This document shows positions 1-13,190 of a DNA stretch of 64,000 nucleotides, piece by piece (position 1 is the stretch's first letter; every line of letters begins with the position of its first letter). The translations under genes were made by a program, and so were the position numbers. This DNA comes from Octopus vulgaris (Eukaryota): NCBI GenBank assembly GCA_951406725.2, contig OX597825.1, forward strand, positions 30,442,001-30,506,000. Reading direction: 5' to 3'. Below the pieces are notes generated by a model that saw nothing but the letters and a program-made list of their open reading frames with translations, was not told the DNA's origin and ran no database searches.

Positions 1-282
1 GCATTGTTTTATAGCAAATGCTTTTCATATAACTATGCCTCACTAGATTTTAATTTTTCAAGTATGGGATTCTTTCTTCCACTTGTATTTAAAAGTACAG
101 AGACAGCAATTGATTTGATATCAGAAAAAAGACAAAAGATTCTCTACTTGTAAATGTCAGAGCTTGTTCATGCTTAGTATGCAGTTTGTAATCATTCATG
201 GATACACTTGCACACAAACACACACATACATACATTTGTGTTTATCTGTGTGGTTAAGAAGCTTTGTTTTTGCAACCAGTTA

Positions 283-690
283 GGCGCAGGAGTGGCTGTG
301 TGGAAAGTAGCTTTCTTACCAACCACATGGTTCCAGGTTCAGTCCCACTGTGTGGCATCTTGGGCAAGTGTCATCTGCTATAGTCTCGGGCTGACCAATG
401 CCTTGTGAATGGATTTGGTAGATGGAAACTGAAAGAAGCCTGTCGTATATATGTATATATATATATGTATTTGTGTGTATGTTTGTGTGTCTGTGTTTGT
501 CCCCCTAGCATTGCTTGACAATCGATGCTGGTGTGTTTACATCCCCGTCACTTAGCAGTTCGGCAAAAGAGACCGATAGAATAAGTACTGGGCTTACAAA
601 GAATAAGTCCTGGGGTCGATTTGACGACTAAAGGCAGTGCTCCAGCATGGCTGTGGTCAAATGACTGAAACAAGTAAAAGAGTAAAGAGT
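283..690 (+). mobile_element. tRNA-derived SINE family A, full length (head, internal TA/TG microsatellite, tail)
   Basis: Head ggcgcaggagtggctgtgtgg...ggttcagtccc (A/B-box-like), core ttgggcaagtgtc, tail gctccagcatggc...aagtaaaagag; the same sequence recurs many times in the window. Confidence 0.9.
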
Positions 691-1092
691 TAATCTCAAG
701 TTCAATCCTATTGCACTATACCTTGGGTAAGGGTTTTCTGCTTTAACCCCATGCTGACCAGTGCTTGAGAGCGAATTTGGTAGGCAGTAAATCAGATGGC
801 CTCAAGATTATTGATTATATGATACACAAGAGATTATATAAAATATAACTGGTGTACCTTACATGGAAATTGGAAAAAAATTACTGAAGCATTGGACATA
901 GAAAGTTTAAAATAATTAGTGGAGTTATTGCATGAAAAATGTTTCAAAAACTGTTTTAAATTTAGAGAAAAAAAGGAAGAAAAAATATTGTCTAAGTTGT
1001 TTTATTAATGATAATTATGTGTAACAAAATTATGAATAATACATTTTTCAAGATGTCAAAAAAAAGAAAAATTTTCTAAAACTTTAATTTAC

Positions 1093-1325
1093 CTATTTCT
1101 TTACTACCCACAAGGGGCTAAACACAGAGAGGACAAACAAGGACAGACAAACGGATTCAGTCGATTATATCGCCCCCAGTGTGTAACTGGTACTTATTTA
1201 ATCTACCCCAAAAGGATGAAAGGCAAAGTCGACCTCAGCAGAATTTGAACTCAGAACCTAACGGCAGATGAAATATGGCTGCGCATTTCACCCAGTGTAC
1301 TAATGTTTCTGCTAACTCACTGCCT
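1093..1325 (-). mobile_element. SINE family B (Nin/Deu-like domain)
   Basis: Reverse complement of the 44117 copy (gtcgactttgcctttcatcc motif); flanked by the direct repeat ttaatttacc. Confidence 0.85.
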
Positions 1326-2119
1326 TAATTTACCATCATCACTAAACTACTACTCCTCCTCGTCCTCCTCCTCCTCATCATCATCATCCTCATCCTCATC
1401 ATTTAATGTCCAGTCTTCATGTTGACATAGGTTGGACAGTTTGACAGGCTTTGATGAGTTGGAGGACTGCTTCATGCTCCAGTATTTATTTTTGCATGGT
1501 TTCTACAGACGGATGGCTCTCACAATGCCAACACCTTTACAGAGTATCCTAGGTGTTTTTTTATGCCACAAGCATTAGGAATAATCGCTGTTTAACTTGC
1601 AAGAATAAGGGTCTTAAAATGTTTCTATAACTGAGGAAAAAGATAAAAGAGAATGATGATCCTACAGCCTTCATTTGTCAATTTTTAAAATGGATTTTCC
1701 TGAATTCACAGCTAAAATATTTCAAACACATATGATCCTTTTTAAAAGGTATTTTAGGAAAAGATACAAAACTACATGAGACATAGTGTTACGCATAAAG
1801 CTGCTTGGGGTTTCATTGAATATATGAGCTTCTGAAATTCTAATAAAAGAGATAGGCCTTCTTTTGTTTAACATGATGACAAGGTTAACGATTTCTCATC
1901 TTCTCCATTGTTTTAATGCCTACTTTTCAAGATTTGCCTGGGCCAAACGAGAGTAAGTGGAAGTAGTGTATTCAATACTACCACTAACCTCCACTTGTTT
2001 CCAAATGAGTTAATATTTTCCAGTTTATTGAACATGCTCTGAACAGCCTGGACAATGGTTATTCAGAGAACTGGAAACAAGTGGCACCAATTAAATGAGA
2101 ATTTTGTTTTCAAATATTC

Positions 2120-2295
2120 TATTCTACTCTAGGCACAAGGCACCAAATCATTGGGGGGTGGGGCAGGCGATTAGATTGACCCCCAGTATGCAACTGGTGC
2201 TTAATTTATTGGCCCTGAAAGGATAAAAGGCAAAGTCGACCTTAGTGGAATTTGAACTCAGAGCATAAGACAGGTGAAATGCTGCTAAGCATTCC
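2120..2295 (-). mobile_element. SINE family B, partial
   Basis: aaaggcaaagtcgacc...gaatttgaactcag motif. Confidence 0.75.
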
Positions 2296-3169
2296 ACAAG
2301 CTACTTACCACACAGCCACTCCTGCACCTTAGGGATACTCATAACATTAATTTCTCAGATTTACACAAAACAACAAATCAATCTTATTGATTTTCTGGAT
2401 GAATATTTTTATGAAATCCAGAGACGCAAAAGGCTAAATCAATCACTGAGTTATTTGAACTCAAAACATTAAGACAAAATCAAATATGGTTAAGTATTTA
2501 ATCCAACATCCTTCTGGATTTTTTTTTTTTCATTTATCTTTTTTCGTCCTTGCACCATCTTAAAGGGCTATCCGTAATACAGTTAAGGTTAAACAAGGGC
2601 CACTATACTTGACAGCTTCTCAAAAAGATATCTGAGTCAAACTGAAAGAAAGCTTGCTAAGTATTGAAATTACTCTGTTCTTTGGCATGAAATTAGATGG
2701 AATAGGAAAGCCCATAAAATTATATTGCTGAACTGGTAACATGGTTTTGTAGGTTATTGGAAAAAGCTTAACACTGTTAACTCACTCAAAGAAAGTGATT
2801 TTGTGATTTTTCTATTTCTCTATATTCATCTGAAAAATTATAGAAAAAGAAAGAGGAAAGAAAAAGACGTACTTATTACATCTAATACCAAGTTTCTTGC
2901 AACTGTTTCTAAGAGGCTTTACACTATTAAGGAAAATAGATGTTATAATTTTGAGAAAGATAAAGAAAAAAGAAGTTTTTCCACACAAAGTATTTCATAA
3001 ATTATATATATTACATTTCATAGCTGAAGCTGGCCTAACTTCACTCACAAACCACTTGTCCATAATTGTTGTATCTTTTTCTGTTACCGCAATAAGTCTC
3101 TTCTCTTGTGAACTTACTGATTGCATATATATATCTCCACTTATACTACCCACTAATTTCATTGCTTCA

Positions 3170-3740
3170 TTGCTGCTGCTATTGCTGCTGCTGCTGCTGC
3201 TGCTGCTTCTTCTTCTTCTTCTTCTTCTTCTTCTTCTTCTTCTTCTTCTTCTTCTTCTTCTTCATCATCATCTTCTTCTTCTTCTTCTTCTTCTTCTTCT
3301 TCTTCATCATCTTCATCATCATCATCTTCTTCTTCTTCCTGCTCCTCTTCCTCGCTCTCCTCCTCCCCTTCCTCCTCTTCCTACCACCACCACCACCACC
3401 ACCACTACTACTACTATTTGTCTTCCTTTTTATCTTTTTCTCCTCATTATTATTATTATTAATAATAATAATAATAATAATAATACTATTATCATTATTA
3501 TTATTCATCTTTTTCTTCTCCTTATTCCTATTCTTATTACTTCAATTATTATTACTGTTACTATTATTATTATTCATTTTCTATTTCTCCTTTTTCTTCT
3601 TCATCTACGACTACTTCTTTTCTATCTTCTCCTTTCCCTTCTTCTTCTTCTCCTTTTCCTTCTTCTCCTTTTCCTTCTTCTCCTTCTCCTTCTCCTTCTC
3701 CTTCTTCTTTTTCTTCTTCTTCCTCTTCTTCTTCTTACCA
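3170..3740. repeat. Compound trinucleotide microsatellite (CTG/CTT/CAT/ACC/ATT/AAT)
   Basis: Seen directly; explains the poly-L, poly-F and poly-K ORFs. Confidence 0.95.
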
Positions 3741-5061
3741 TTACATTGTCTTCTCCTTCCCCGCCACTGGAATCCACATTAAGTGGTTTTTGCAATCTTT
3801 TCTTCCTTTACAGAGTTGAATCTCTCTGGAACTTCCTTTTCACCAATGAGTGAATCTCAACATTATCACTCAGTCTGCTAGAAATAGCAACCAAATTCCC
3901 CTCAAATCACACTCAACAACTTTGGAGAAAAAATAGGGATAACACACAAGATAATGTAACAGCAGTGTTATTAACTTCACAAAAACATAGAGGATGGTTA
4001 TGGCTCGGATATCTTTAATCAAAGGTCATTTCCATGTGGAGAAAATCCATGATTGCTGGCAGTTATGCAACAGTAGTCACTCTCTCCATGCTTTCTATCA
4101 CAAATTCTGATCTTAGACTCAATTTCAAACCAAACATTATTACATACACACACACACATGCACAAACACACACACACACATGCACACATACACACTCAAA
4201 TCTACATGCATGAATTGAGTACTACTGGTTTCGAATTTTAGCACAAGGCCAGAAATTTCGGCTAAGTGGGCAAATCAACTGCATCGGAAAAGAGGGCAAT
4301 TTGATTGCATCGACCTCGCTCCCCAGTACACAACTGGTATTTATTTCATCAACTCCAAAACAACTAAAGGTAAAGTTGGTCATGGTGGAATTTGAACTCA
4401 AAATATAAAGACAGACAAAATGCCACTGTGATTTTGTTCAGGGTGCTTACAATCCTGCCAGCTTGACCCCACCTCCCTGCTTCCTGACTGTCGGTTGTTT
4501 ATAGTAAACATGAGTGAAATAGTGTTATGGTAAAATGCAGTAAAGAAGAATTTAAGTATATTCGATAAAGAAAAAGGTGAGGGAAACAAATAACGAAAAG
4601 CAGGTAAACCCTGTCCCTTTGTCAATTGGAAATCTACATGTCTTCAAAGGTAAGAGTTACAATTTCCTCTCTCACTTTTGCTTCAAACCATGTAGGTCTA
4701 CAACAGGACTGAATAGCCATCTGAGAGGTCATGGATGGAAAGTCAGTAATGCCACTGACAATGAGGAAGCACAAAGGGATGGCAATCATCTGAGAAGATG
4801 GGGCAATCACCATACGCAGAAACACCCACCCAAACACACACACACACAACAGGCTTCTTTTGATTTCAGTTTACCAAATCCACTCTCAGAGCTTTGGTTG
4901 GCTTAGGATAATGGCAGGAAATACACCAGATGCTATCCAGCAGTAAGATTGAACCTGAAAGCACTTGGCTGGTGGCAAGTTTTTCAACCATGCAATCATG
5001 CATATGCTTATCTCAGATAAAATAAAATCACTTGACAAAGTAATGAGTGCTTGTATGCATT

Positions 5062-5110
<49 letters not shown>

Positions 5111-5329
5111 ATGTGTGTGTGTATGTGTGTGCGTGTATGTGTGTGTGTGAAATGGTTTTATTGTTGTTGTTATATTCCATTTATAAGCATGCTAGCACTT
5201 AGTCTTCAAGTTCTCCCTAATCAATCACTTTGACTATAAATACAATTGCTAATTAAGCTTAATTAAAATTAAAATTTTTAACACACAGTCATGTGTACTA
5301 TAGAACAAAAACGTTTTTAGTATAACAAT

Positions 5330-5900
5330 GGTTTCAAATTTTGGCACAAGGCCAGCAATTTTGTTGAAAGAGTGTCATTTTCACTGCCCCCAGTACGCAA
5401 CTGTTATTTATTTTATCAAGTCCCAAAAAGATGAAACTCGGTAGAGTTTGAACTCATAAAGCAAAGAATCAGAAGAATGGCATTAAGCATTTTGTCCCTT
5501 GCGCTAATGATTATGGTTGCTAACTGTCTTAAAATTCAACATAGATGGAACTGGAATGGAACATATTTAGAGATGCAAGAAATTCCAAGGAGTATTCTAC
5601 CTAACAATCTAACCACTATTATATGATAATAATACTAATGATTTCTGATTAAGGCACAAGGCCAGCAATTTTTTGAAGAGTTGGTAAGTCTATCACATTT
5701 CCCTCAGTGCTCAGCTGATACTCATTTTAGCAGCCCAGAAAGGCAGCATTTGAACCTCAGCAGAATTCAAGCTCAGAAGAAAAAGATGGATGAAATACCA
5801 CTAAGCATTTTGCTCAATTTCTAATGATTCTTCTACCTTGCTGCCTTAATAACACTAATGGTTTATAATTTAGGCACAAAGCCAGTAGTTCTGAGTGCAG
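5330..5900 (-). mobile_element. Cluster of decayed SINE family B copies
   Basis: Repeated ggcacaaggccagcaattt tails and gaactcag B-box remnants; another copy lies near 4230-4460. Confidence 0.65.
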
Positions 5901-5934
5901 GAAATTGACCTCACTACTTTATATATATATCAGA

Positions 5935-6230
5935 TTCCATCACATGCCAGGAGAGAAAACTAGAAGTAGTTGATAGCTTCCGTTACCTAGGTGACCAAGT
6001 CAGTAGTGAGGGTGGATGCTCTGAGAGTGTAACTGCAAGAATAAGAATAGGCTGGGCAAAGTTCAGAGAGCTCCTACCTCTGCTGGTAACAAAGGGCTTC
6101 TCACTCAGAGTGAAAGGTAGACTGTATGATACCTGTGTGTGAACAGCCATGCTACACAGCAGTGAAACATGATTGTGACTGCTGAGGACATGCATAAGCT
6201 TGACAAAAATGAAGCTAGTATGCTTCACTG
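5935..6230 (+). mobile_element. RTE-clade LINE fragment (RT thumb region), pseudogenised
   Basis: Translates KLEVVDSFRYLGDQVSSEGGCSESVTARIRIGWAKFRELLPLL...KGRLYDTCV*TAMLHSSET*, the typical RTE FxYLG...YGSET block with stops. Confidence 0.88.
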
Positions 6231-6244
6231 AATCCTTGCAGATG

Positions 6245-6695
6245 AGTACCACCTTGTCATTGGTTACGGGGCTTGTGTGTCTCCATGACCATGAAAGCTA
6301 TGCTGGCAGGAGATTTGTCTCCTGGTAGGGCCACCCTAGCCAGACAGGTCAAGATGAAGAGTACTCAACTAGCCATCCAGGTTGGAGTTTATCATTGGGA
6401 TAACAACCCAGTCTAGTAAAAATCATACCTGTTACAAAAACCACAATGGCACACCAAAACAACATGGTTGAGGAAGAGTCCTCTCTGGTAGAGCACATGA
6501 CACGAGCTGGTGAAAGCCTTCAGGAAGCTAGCACACTGACAACTCTTCTGACGATCAAGACTGAAACCAGGAGAGAGACCTGGAACATTCGAACCCTATA
6601 TGAGGCAGGAAAAAAGTGCACAAGTCTGTAAAGAGATGCACAATTATAATCTGAAGATTCTTGGCCTGTGTGAGACAAGATGGATGGGAACAGAA
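6245..6695 (+). mobile_element. RTE-clade LINE 5' UTR and start of APE endonuclease, decayed
   Basis: UTR resembles the Expander/Rex3-type leader (ccaccttgtc...agctatgctg...ctcctggtagggccaccc); ORF has TWNIRTLYEAGK, matching the APE motif TWNVRTL. Confidence 0.75.
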
Positions 6696-6782
6696 TATAC
6701 AAGGCTTGGAAAGTAGACATTAAACAATGGCAACGACAATGATGATGATATACATGCATACATATATATGTATATGTATATA

Positions 6783-6784
<2 letters not shown>

Positions 6785-6867
<83 letters not shown>

Positions 6868-6965
6868 CATACATACATACATACATACATACATACATAC
6901 ATACATACATACATACATACATACATACATACATACATACATACATACATACATGCATATATATA
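6785..6965. repeat. (TA)n/(TACATA)n/(TACA)n microsatellite
   Basis: Seen directly. Confidence 0.95.
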
Positions 6966-7279
6966 TGAACCTGAATAGCATTTAATATTAATGACGACAG
7001 TTTCAGTAGAATTTAATTGATGTATTCATAGATCATATCATAACATGTAATTTACCATCCTCAGGTAAAATTTTAAACTGGTAAGATGTCAAACAGGTGA
7101 GATTTCACAGATTGAACATAATGAATCAAATGTTGTTGGATGACCAGTTTTTAAAAAATAGCATTCAACTTCATGGGAAAATTAGAAGAAGTAAAGAGAT
7201 CAAATGACTATTTTATTTAAATTCACTTATACACACACATACATATATGTACCATTATAGACAATTTTCCCACATGTGC

Positions 7280-7327
<48 letters not shown>

Positions 7328-7388
7328 TATGCTTAATGAGGTCTGTAATTATGTTTCTCTTTAAATAAGGCATTTTTCCCGTAGGCCG

Positions 7389-7449
7389 GATAACTGAAGA
7401 GATGGCAGAGTAGATTTCTGCCCCAACATCCGAAACCTGGAGTTTTATC
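7389..7449 (+). ncRNA. Type I hammerhead ribozyme motif in a Penelope-like terminal repeat
   Basis: gataa-CTGAAGA-gatg..catc-c-GAAA-c(ctgga)g-T-T-ttatc; 5-bp stem I, intact core, weak helix III. Confidence 0.65.
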
Positions 7450-7569
7450 ATGGCTACTGAATAATTGTCACATATTACATTTACAGATAAATTCCTCTAT
7501 TTACATAATATCGAGGTCTTCTTCATTTTTTTGTTGTCTTACCATTTCTATCAATATATATATATATAT

Positions 7570-7810
7570 GACACATAAAAGCACCATCCGTTCGTGGCCG
7601 TTTGCCAGCTCTGTCTGGCACCTTTGCGAGTGGCACGTAAAAAGCACCCACTACACTCACGGAGTGGTTGGCGTTAGGAAGGGCATCCAGCCGTAGAAAC
7701 ACTGCCAGATCAGACTGGGCCTGATGAAGCCTTCCAGCTTCACAGACCCCAGTTGAACCGTCCAACCCATGCTAGCATGGAAAACAGATGCTAAATGATG
7801 ATGATGATAT
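7570..7810 (+). mobile_element. SINE family D / non-autonomous element with (GAT)n tail
   Basis: gtaaaaagcacccactacactc..ggttggcgttaggaagggcatccagc..cccatgctagcatggaaa..(gat)n; other copies at 18530, 22270, 23340, 25548, 32355 and 54800. Confidence 0.85.
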
Positions 7811-8173
7811 ATATATATATATATATATATCCATAATCATAGTATCAAATGCATTGAAGAAGTTAAGTTCACTGGTGTTTGATCATTCACACAATGTAAA
7901 CAGCATCGAAAGATGAATGGACCTTCAGAATGGTGTAAAAACTTAATAAAAACAGTTGAATAGCTTATCTGGTGCAACTACAATTGTTTCGAAGAAGAAT
8001 CTTTATTGTGATGTAAAGATGAGACAATCAGATATGCAATATGTATAATATCCATAAGGTTATGTAATACATTATACAACTCTCAGATCATCAGGTTTTA
8101 CCAAGCACAGAAGTAAGCATTCACATGCTGATGAATCAGTTGATGTCTCTTTTTATTATATACATTTTATATA

Positions 8174-8212
<39 letters not shown>

Positions 8213-8533
8213 TCAGGGCAAGCTGGTATGTATACAGGCCTACCTGCATGCTAGAAGAAGACACCAAGTGTCTCTAAACTACCCTGAGATATCACAATAA
8301 AACTATAAACACACATCATCCTTGAGCAAATAAACGAAACATATTCATGAAACTGTTCAATTACATATCAATTAATTTCAGGATAAAGTGGGGAAACCCC
8401 TTTTTTCTATCATCAGTGTAATACAATCCAAATTCAAACAAACATGAATAAATATACGTACCCATAAACACAGTAGCTCTATAATGCAAACACACTGTTC
8501 ATATATATATATATATACATGCATACATATATG

Positions 8534-8782
8534 TGGAGGTGCATGGCTTAGTGGTTAGGATGTCAGCATCATGATCATAAGATTGTGGTTTTGATTCCTG
8601 AACCGGGCGACGTGTTGTGTTCTTGAGCAAAACACTTCATTTCACATTGCTCCAGTCCACTCAGCTGGTGAAAATGAGAAACGCTGCGATGGACTGGCGT
8701 CCTGTCCAGCTTGGGAACACATATGCCATAGAAACTGGAAAACCGGGCCCATGAGCCTGGCTAGGCTTTAAAAAAGGGCACA
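8534..8782 (+). mobile_element. tRNA-derived SINE family C
   Basis: Head tggcttagtggttagg..tgattcc, core ttgtgttcttgagcaaaacactt; similar to the 51804 copy. Confidence 0.85.
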
Positions 8783-8959
8783 TACATATATAGACTTACA
8801 TATACACATGCACACACATACACACATATTTACAAAGAAATAAACAAAAAAATTACAATAAAATACCATTATCAAAACAAGATATAATTCGATGAAATAA
8901 AACAAGTAACGTTTTATCGTTAGGTTGTGGATTTCTATGAACCTTTTCACAAACTATTT

Positions 8960-9300
8960 TTGTGCACAACCAAATACACCAGTAGACATTTTTTCAGATA
9001 GTTGCTGCTGAAAAACACCAATATCTTGTGACTATTCTTTTGTGATATAACACTGTTACTGTTATTTGCAATCTAACTTTTGCAAGTAGTTTATATTCCG
9101 AACTTAATTTGATCAGAATATGAACAACAAAAATAATGTATAAATGAAATTTTAAAAATTTGTGCAACGAATTTCTGTTTTCTCTTATCTGCCTCCAGTA
9201 TCAAGAGCAGTCTTTCCTTAGGCAACTGTAGTTCTTTTTACAAGTACTCTAAAGAAAATGCTTGAAACAAAATGTGTTCCGAAGGGAGAATCAAAAGGGC
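8960..9300 (-). mobile_element. Probable Helitron Rep relic
   Basis: Shares sequence with ~27150 (ccttaggcaa..agttctttt..aagtactctaa); frameshifted translation resembles the Rep CSKxFPK..YRRR block. Confidence 0.4.
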
Positions 9301-9334
9301 ATTTTTACACGAGTCAATGATAATAATAATAATG

Positions 9335-9625
9335 AGTGTCTCATTCAACATCCTTAAACAACCCATATTCAGGGACCTTTTGAGCAGGATGGGCTACTCA
9401 GCCTAAAGTCAATTCTAACTGGGCCCCACCTGCAAGGTTATGCGCTGTTTATCTTGATATGAGATCACTATGTTGCACACATAGGGTTGTGATGCATGTG
9501 CCTGGGGTACCCTTATCAGATGGATAGTCATGATGGGTATAGTGGGCTTTATATATTTTACCCAAGTGTCACTTTGATGACATGCACTGCTCTCTCACTC
9601 AATAATAATAATAATAATAATAATA
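9335..9625 (+). mobile_element. Non-autonomous retroelement fragment embedded in (AAT)n
   Basis: Higher-GC block flanked by AAT repeats on both sides and ending ctctcactc(aat)n. Confidence 0.55.
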
Positions 9626-10179
9626 TGCATGCTTAAGAAGTGATATTGAGGTAATGTTTAATGCAGTTTTGTAATGTCATGAAAGAATTGAGAATAATAA
9701 GGCAGGAACTTGGTCAATAGAAATAGAATATTTATATTAATAATTTGTTAATTATTTTCTTTTTTATATTCAAAGCATAATTATTGGAATTGCTATGAGT
9801 GATAGAAGAGAAGGTTGGGGGACATAAAAGAATGCTACTCTATTATAATTCTTTGGCTCAGTCTATGAAATCAATGAACAAAGACAAATTATTGATAGAT
9901 GTCTTAGGTACAATGATGTGTTTTTTCTTGTCGTTTTTGCTTTGTTTTTCCCTTGTTTTTTGTTATGGTTGCCTTTTGGCCTTGCCAAATGTTACAGTTA
10001 ATTGATGAGTTCAATAACCGACAGATTTGTTGTTGTTTCTGCTGTTGCTGTTTAACCCCCAGGCCAGCTGTGAATGAATGGAGGAAAGACATTCTAGCCA
10101 TGACCACCCTGTTTCACATCAGACTACATTATTCAATGCGTCTTTCTTTCATCTTTTCATTTACTTCTAAAAAGTCATT

Positions 10180-10535
10180 TCGTTGTGGCCATGTTGGAGT
10201 GTTGCTTTGAAAAATTTTAGTCAAGTGAATCAAACCTAGTGTTTATTTTTAAAGCTTGGTACTTATTCTATCAGTCTCTTTTGCCAAACTGCTAAGTTAT
10301 GGGGACATAAACACACTAACACCAGTTGTCAAGTGCTGAGGAAGGGGGGCAAACATGGACACAAAGATATGCACATAGATGTGTGTATGTATATATTTAT
10401 GTATAATGGGCTTCTTTCAGTTTCCATCTACCAAATCCACTCATAAGGCTTTGGTTGGCCTGAAACTATAGTAGAAGAAACTTGCCCAAGGTACCATGCA
10501 GTGAGACTGAACCCTGAACCATGTGGTTGGGAAGA
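10180..10535 (-). mobile_element. SINE family A
   Basis: Reverse complement of the 283-690 family. Confidence 0.85.
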
Positions 10536-11189
10536 AAACATTTTATTTTTTTTTCTTTAAAGAATGTAAGATGTAATCTGAGAGATATTTAGGTGCTATT
10601 TCCAGCATTGTGAATGATCAAAACAAGCTTCATCATTTAGAGTTGCATATTAATATAGATATGTAAGCATAATTTATTATACCAGTAAATTATTATTACA
10701 TCACGAAAACTGTGAAAGGGCCATAATCTTAAGGATACCTGCTGTTGTTTTATGGTCTGTAGATTCCTCATGAAATAATTTCATCCATCAGGTTTTCTGG
10801 ATATCAGCAATATGGGCAGTGTGCATTATACGCCTCCATATTGGATTACTATGTGATCTGCTAGCCTGGTCTACTTGTGGAGCTTTCCATGATAGTCATG
10901 TGATTCTATGAATCTGGCAGAGTGAATTGTGTCATGGTGCTGTTTTTCTCACAGACGGTGCCCTGACCCTACTATACTGTGTAATCAATAAAATCAAAAA
11001 CAAACAATGCACATACATGAAATTAAAAATATAAAATGGTGACAATTTACTCATCACACCCTGTGTGTGTGTATGTGTGTGTGTGTGTGTGTGTATGTAA
11101 TGTGTGTATGTGTGTGTGTGTGTATGTGTGCGTGTGTGTGTATGTGTATGTGTGTATGTATGTAATGTATGTTCTGACTAGAGCCAGCT

Positions 11190-11412
11190 TTAACCTTTTC
11201 ATTACTGTATTTCTGTTGAGATGCTCTGTGTTTCTTTCAACTAATTTTAAATATAACAAAGAATTTAGTAAAATAACTTAGTTATCATTAAGCTAGTGTT
11301 AGGAACATAAATTGTGACTAAGGTTTGGGGGAAGATTTTAATTCAAAACTTATGAAAACAAGACATTTGTACTTAGAGCCAGTTTCAGCTGGGTTGGTAA
11401 TGAAAAGGCTTG
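11190..11412 (+). mobile_element. TTAA-flanked piggyBac-type MITE
   Basis: ttaa-ccttttcattac ... gtaatgaaaagg short TIRs; an inverted copy lies at 48377-48602. Confidence 0.8.
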
Positions 11413-12609
11413 ATTTACTCGCACATATCCTCAGTCATACGAGGATGCAATTTTAATAAAAAGAGGTGTTATTAAAGGGGAACATGCAGAACATCTACTT
11501 GCAATCAGCTATCAAACAAAAATTCTAGATTCACAAAACCCAGACTCTCTAAAAATGCTCTTCTCGTATTTTCTCTTATTTTTAGCTTAAGAATATCTAG
11601 CAACTGCAGCTGCAGCAGTTATTTTTGAGAGGTAAAAAGTTTTATTGTAAATGTTCCAGTGTGTATGTGAACTTAAGTGTTAAATTTATTTTATCGCAAT
11701 TTTCTATGCATCTGATAAACTATGAATGTTGAACAAAAAACAATTTGTCTAAGTGCAATGGACTTGGCTTGTATTTGTTCTTATCCTTCTCTTTTCTAAA
11801 CTATTCTCTTTTTCTGATGTGTAAATAATGCAATGCTATTAACAAACCCTTAATTACTTTGTACTGAAGAGATACAATTAGATTGAAATAGCTGCTTCTA
11901 TATACAAATATTAAGGACTTTATAGTTGAAACAAAATAAATATATATATATACATAAATAATATATAAATAAATAAATAAATAAGCAAATATATAAATGC
12001 AGAAAGATATATTTCATTCCATTATATTCAAATATACTTCTCTTATGAAAAAATAAAATATAATAAAGATGCAAGATGATTCTCACCCTTGCAATAAAAA
12101 GGAATAAACAACCAATGAAAGATAAACTGTAAACAATTTCAAGCTTATACACTTTGATGAAATTGTATACAGTTTAGATATTCTTAAACTAAAATTCATA
12201 ATATTTTTAGCTCTATGAAATTTTCTTTTCATCTTCCAGGGTGTACCAAGATATTTCTTAATTGTATAAATACATATAAGTTTCTGTCTTGTTTCCATTG
12301 GGAAAACATTTTAATGAGAAAAAACTTTGATAGCATACAACTTTTCAATATTTAATCGGTAGACTTATTGTAAGTACGGAGCCAAATATTGCGAATGAGT
12401 TGATGCAGTAAAGTAGTTGAGTTGTTAGAGCATCACATAGAATGATGCATAGAATTTGTTCTGAAGCTTGGTGTTCCAAGTTAAAAACCAATTGAAGTCA
12501 ACTTTGCCTTTCACTCCTTTGATGCCAATCACAAAGTACCAACCTAGGGCAGTAGATTAGAAGAACATCAAAATCAGCCAAATGTGGCTTCACAAACTCA
12601 GAGTATACA

Positions 12610-13190
12610 TCTTTTAATCTTTACTAGTTTCTGTCATTAAACTCTGTCCAATGCTGAAGCACCACCCTGAAGAATTTTACTCACCTAACTAAACCTCAGT
12701 ACATATTAGTATCTTTAAGCCTGGTTCTAATTCTATTGGTCTCTTTTGCTGAACTGCTAAATCACAGGCATGTAAACAAACCAACGCTGGTTGTCATGCA
12801 GTGGTAGGGGACAAACACAAACAAATACACACACACATATGTGATGGGCTCCTTTCCCTTTCTGTCTACCAGAACCACTCACAAGTTTTTAATTGGCTCA
12901 AGGCTACAGAAGACTTGCCTGAGGAGCCACACAGTGGGACTGAACCCGGAACTATATGGTTGGAAAGTAAACTTTTTACCACACAGCCATGAATGCACGC
13001 ATGCACACACACACACGCACACACACACACACACGCATATGATGGGCTTCTTTCAGTTTTTTTCTACGAGATCCACTCACAAGGCTTTAATTGGCTCAAG
13101 GCTATAGAAGATTTACCTGAGGGGCCACATAGTGGGACTGAAACTGGAACTATATGGTTGGGAAGCAAACTTTTTACCACACAGCCATAC
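12610..13190 (-). mobile_element. SINE family A with tandemly duplicated head
   Basis: Two head copies about 199 bp apart sharing private variants. Confidence 0.8.

Noticed and set aside
283-360. tRNA-like sequences with A/B boxes (also 8534, 44117, 63820)
   Set aside because: They are SINE heads fused to family bodies, without convincing cloverleaf acceptor stems; not called as tRNA genes.
2897-3853. 318-aa poly-Leu ORF and overlapping poly-Phe/poly-Lys ORFs
   Set aside because: Produced by stop-free trinucleotide microsatellites; no protein-like complexity.
3790-3880. Strong plus-strand acceptor tttcttcctttacAG
   Set aside because: No matching donor or partner exon; it runs into a dispersed repeat (ctagaaatagcaaccaaattccctcaaatcacac, also near 58735).
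12220-12300. Plus-strand acceptor-like ttttcatcttccAG
   Set aside because: No donor or phase-compatible neighbour found.
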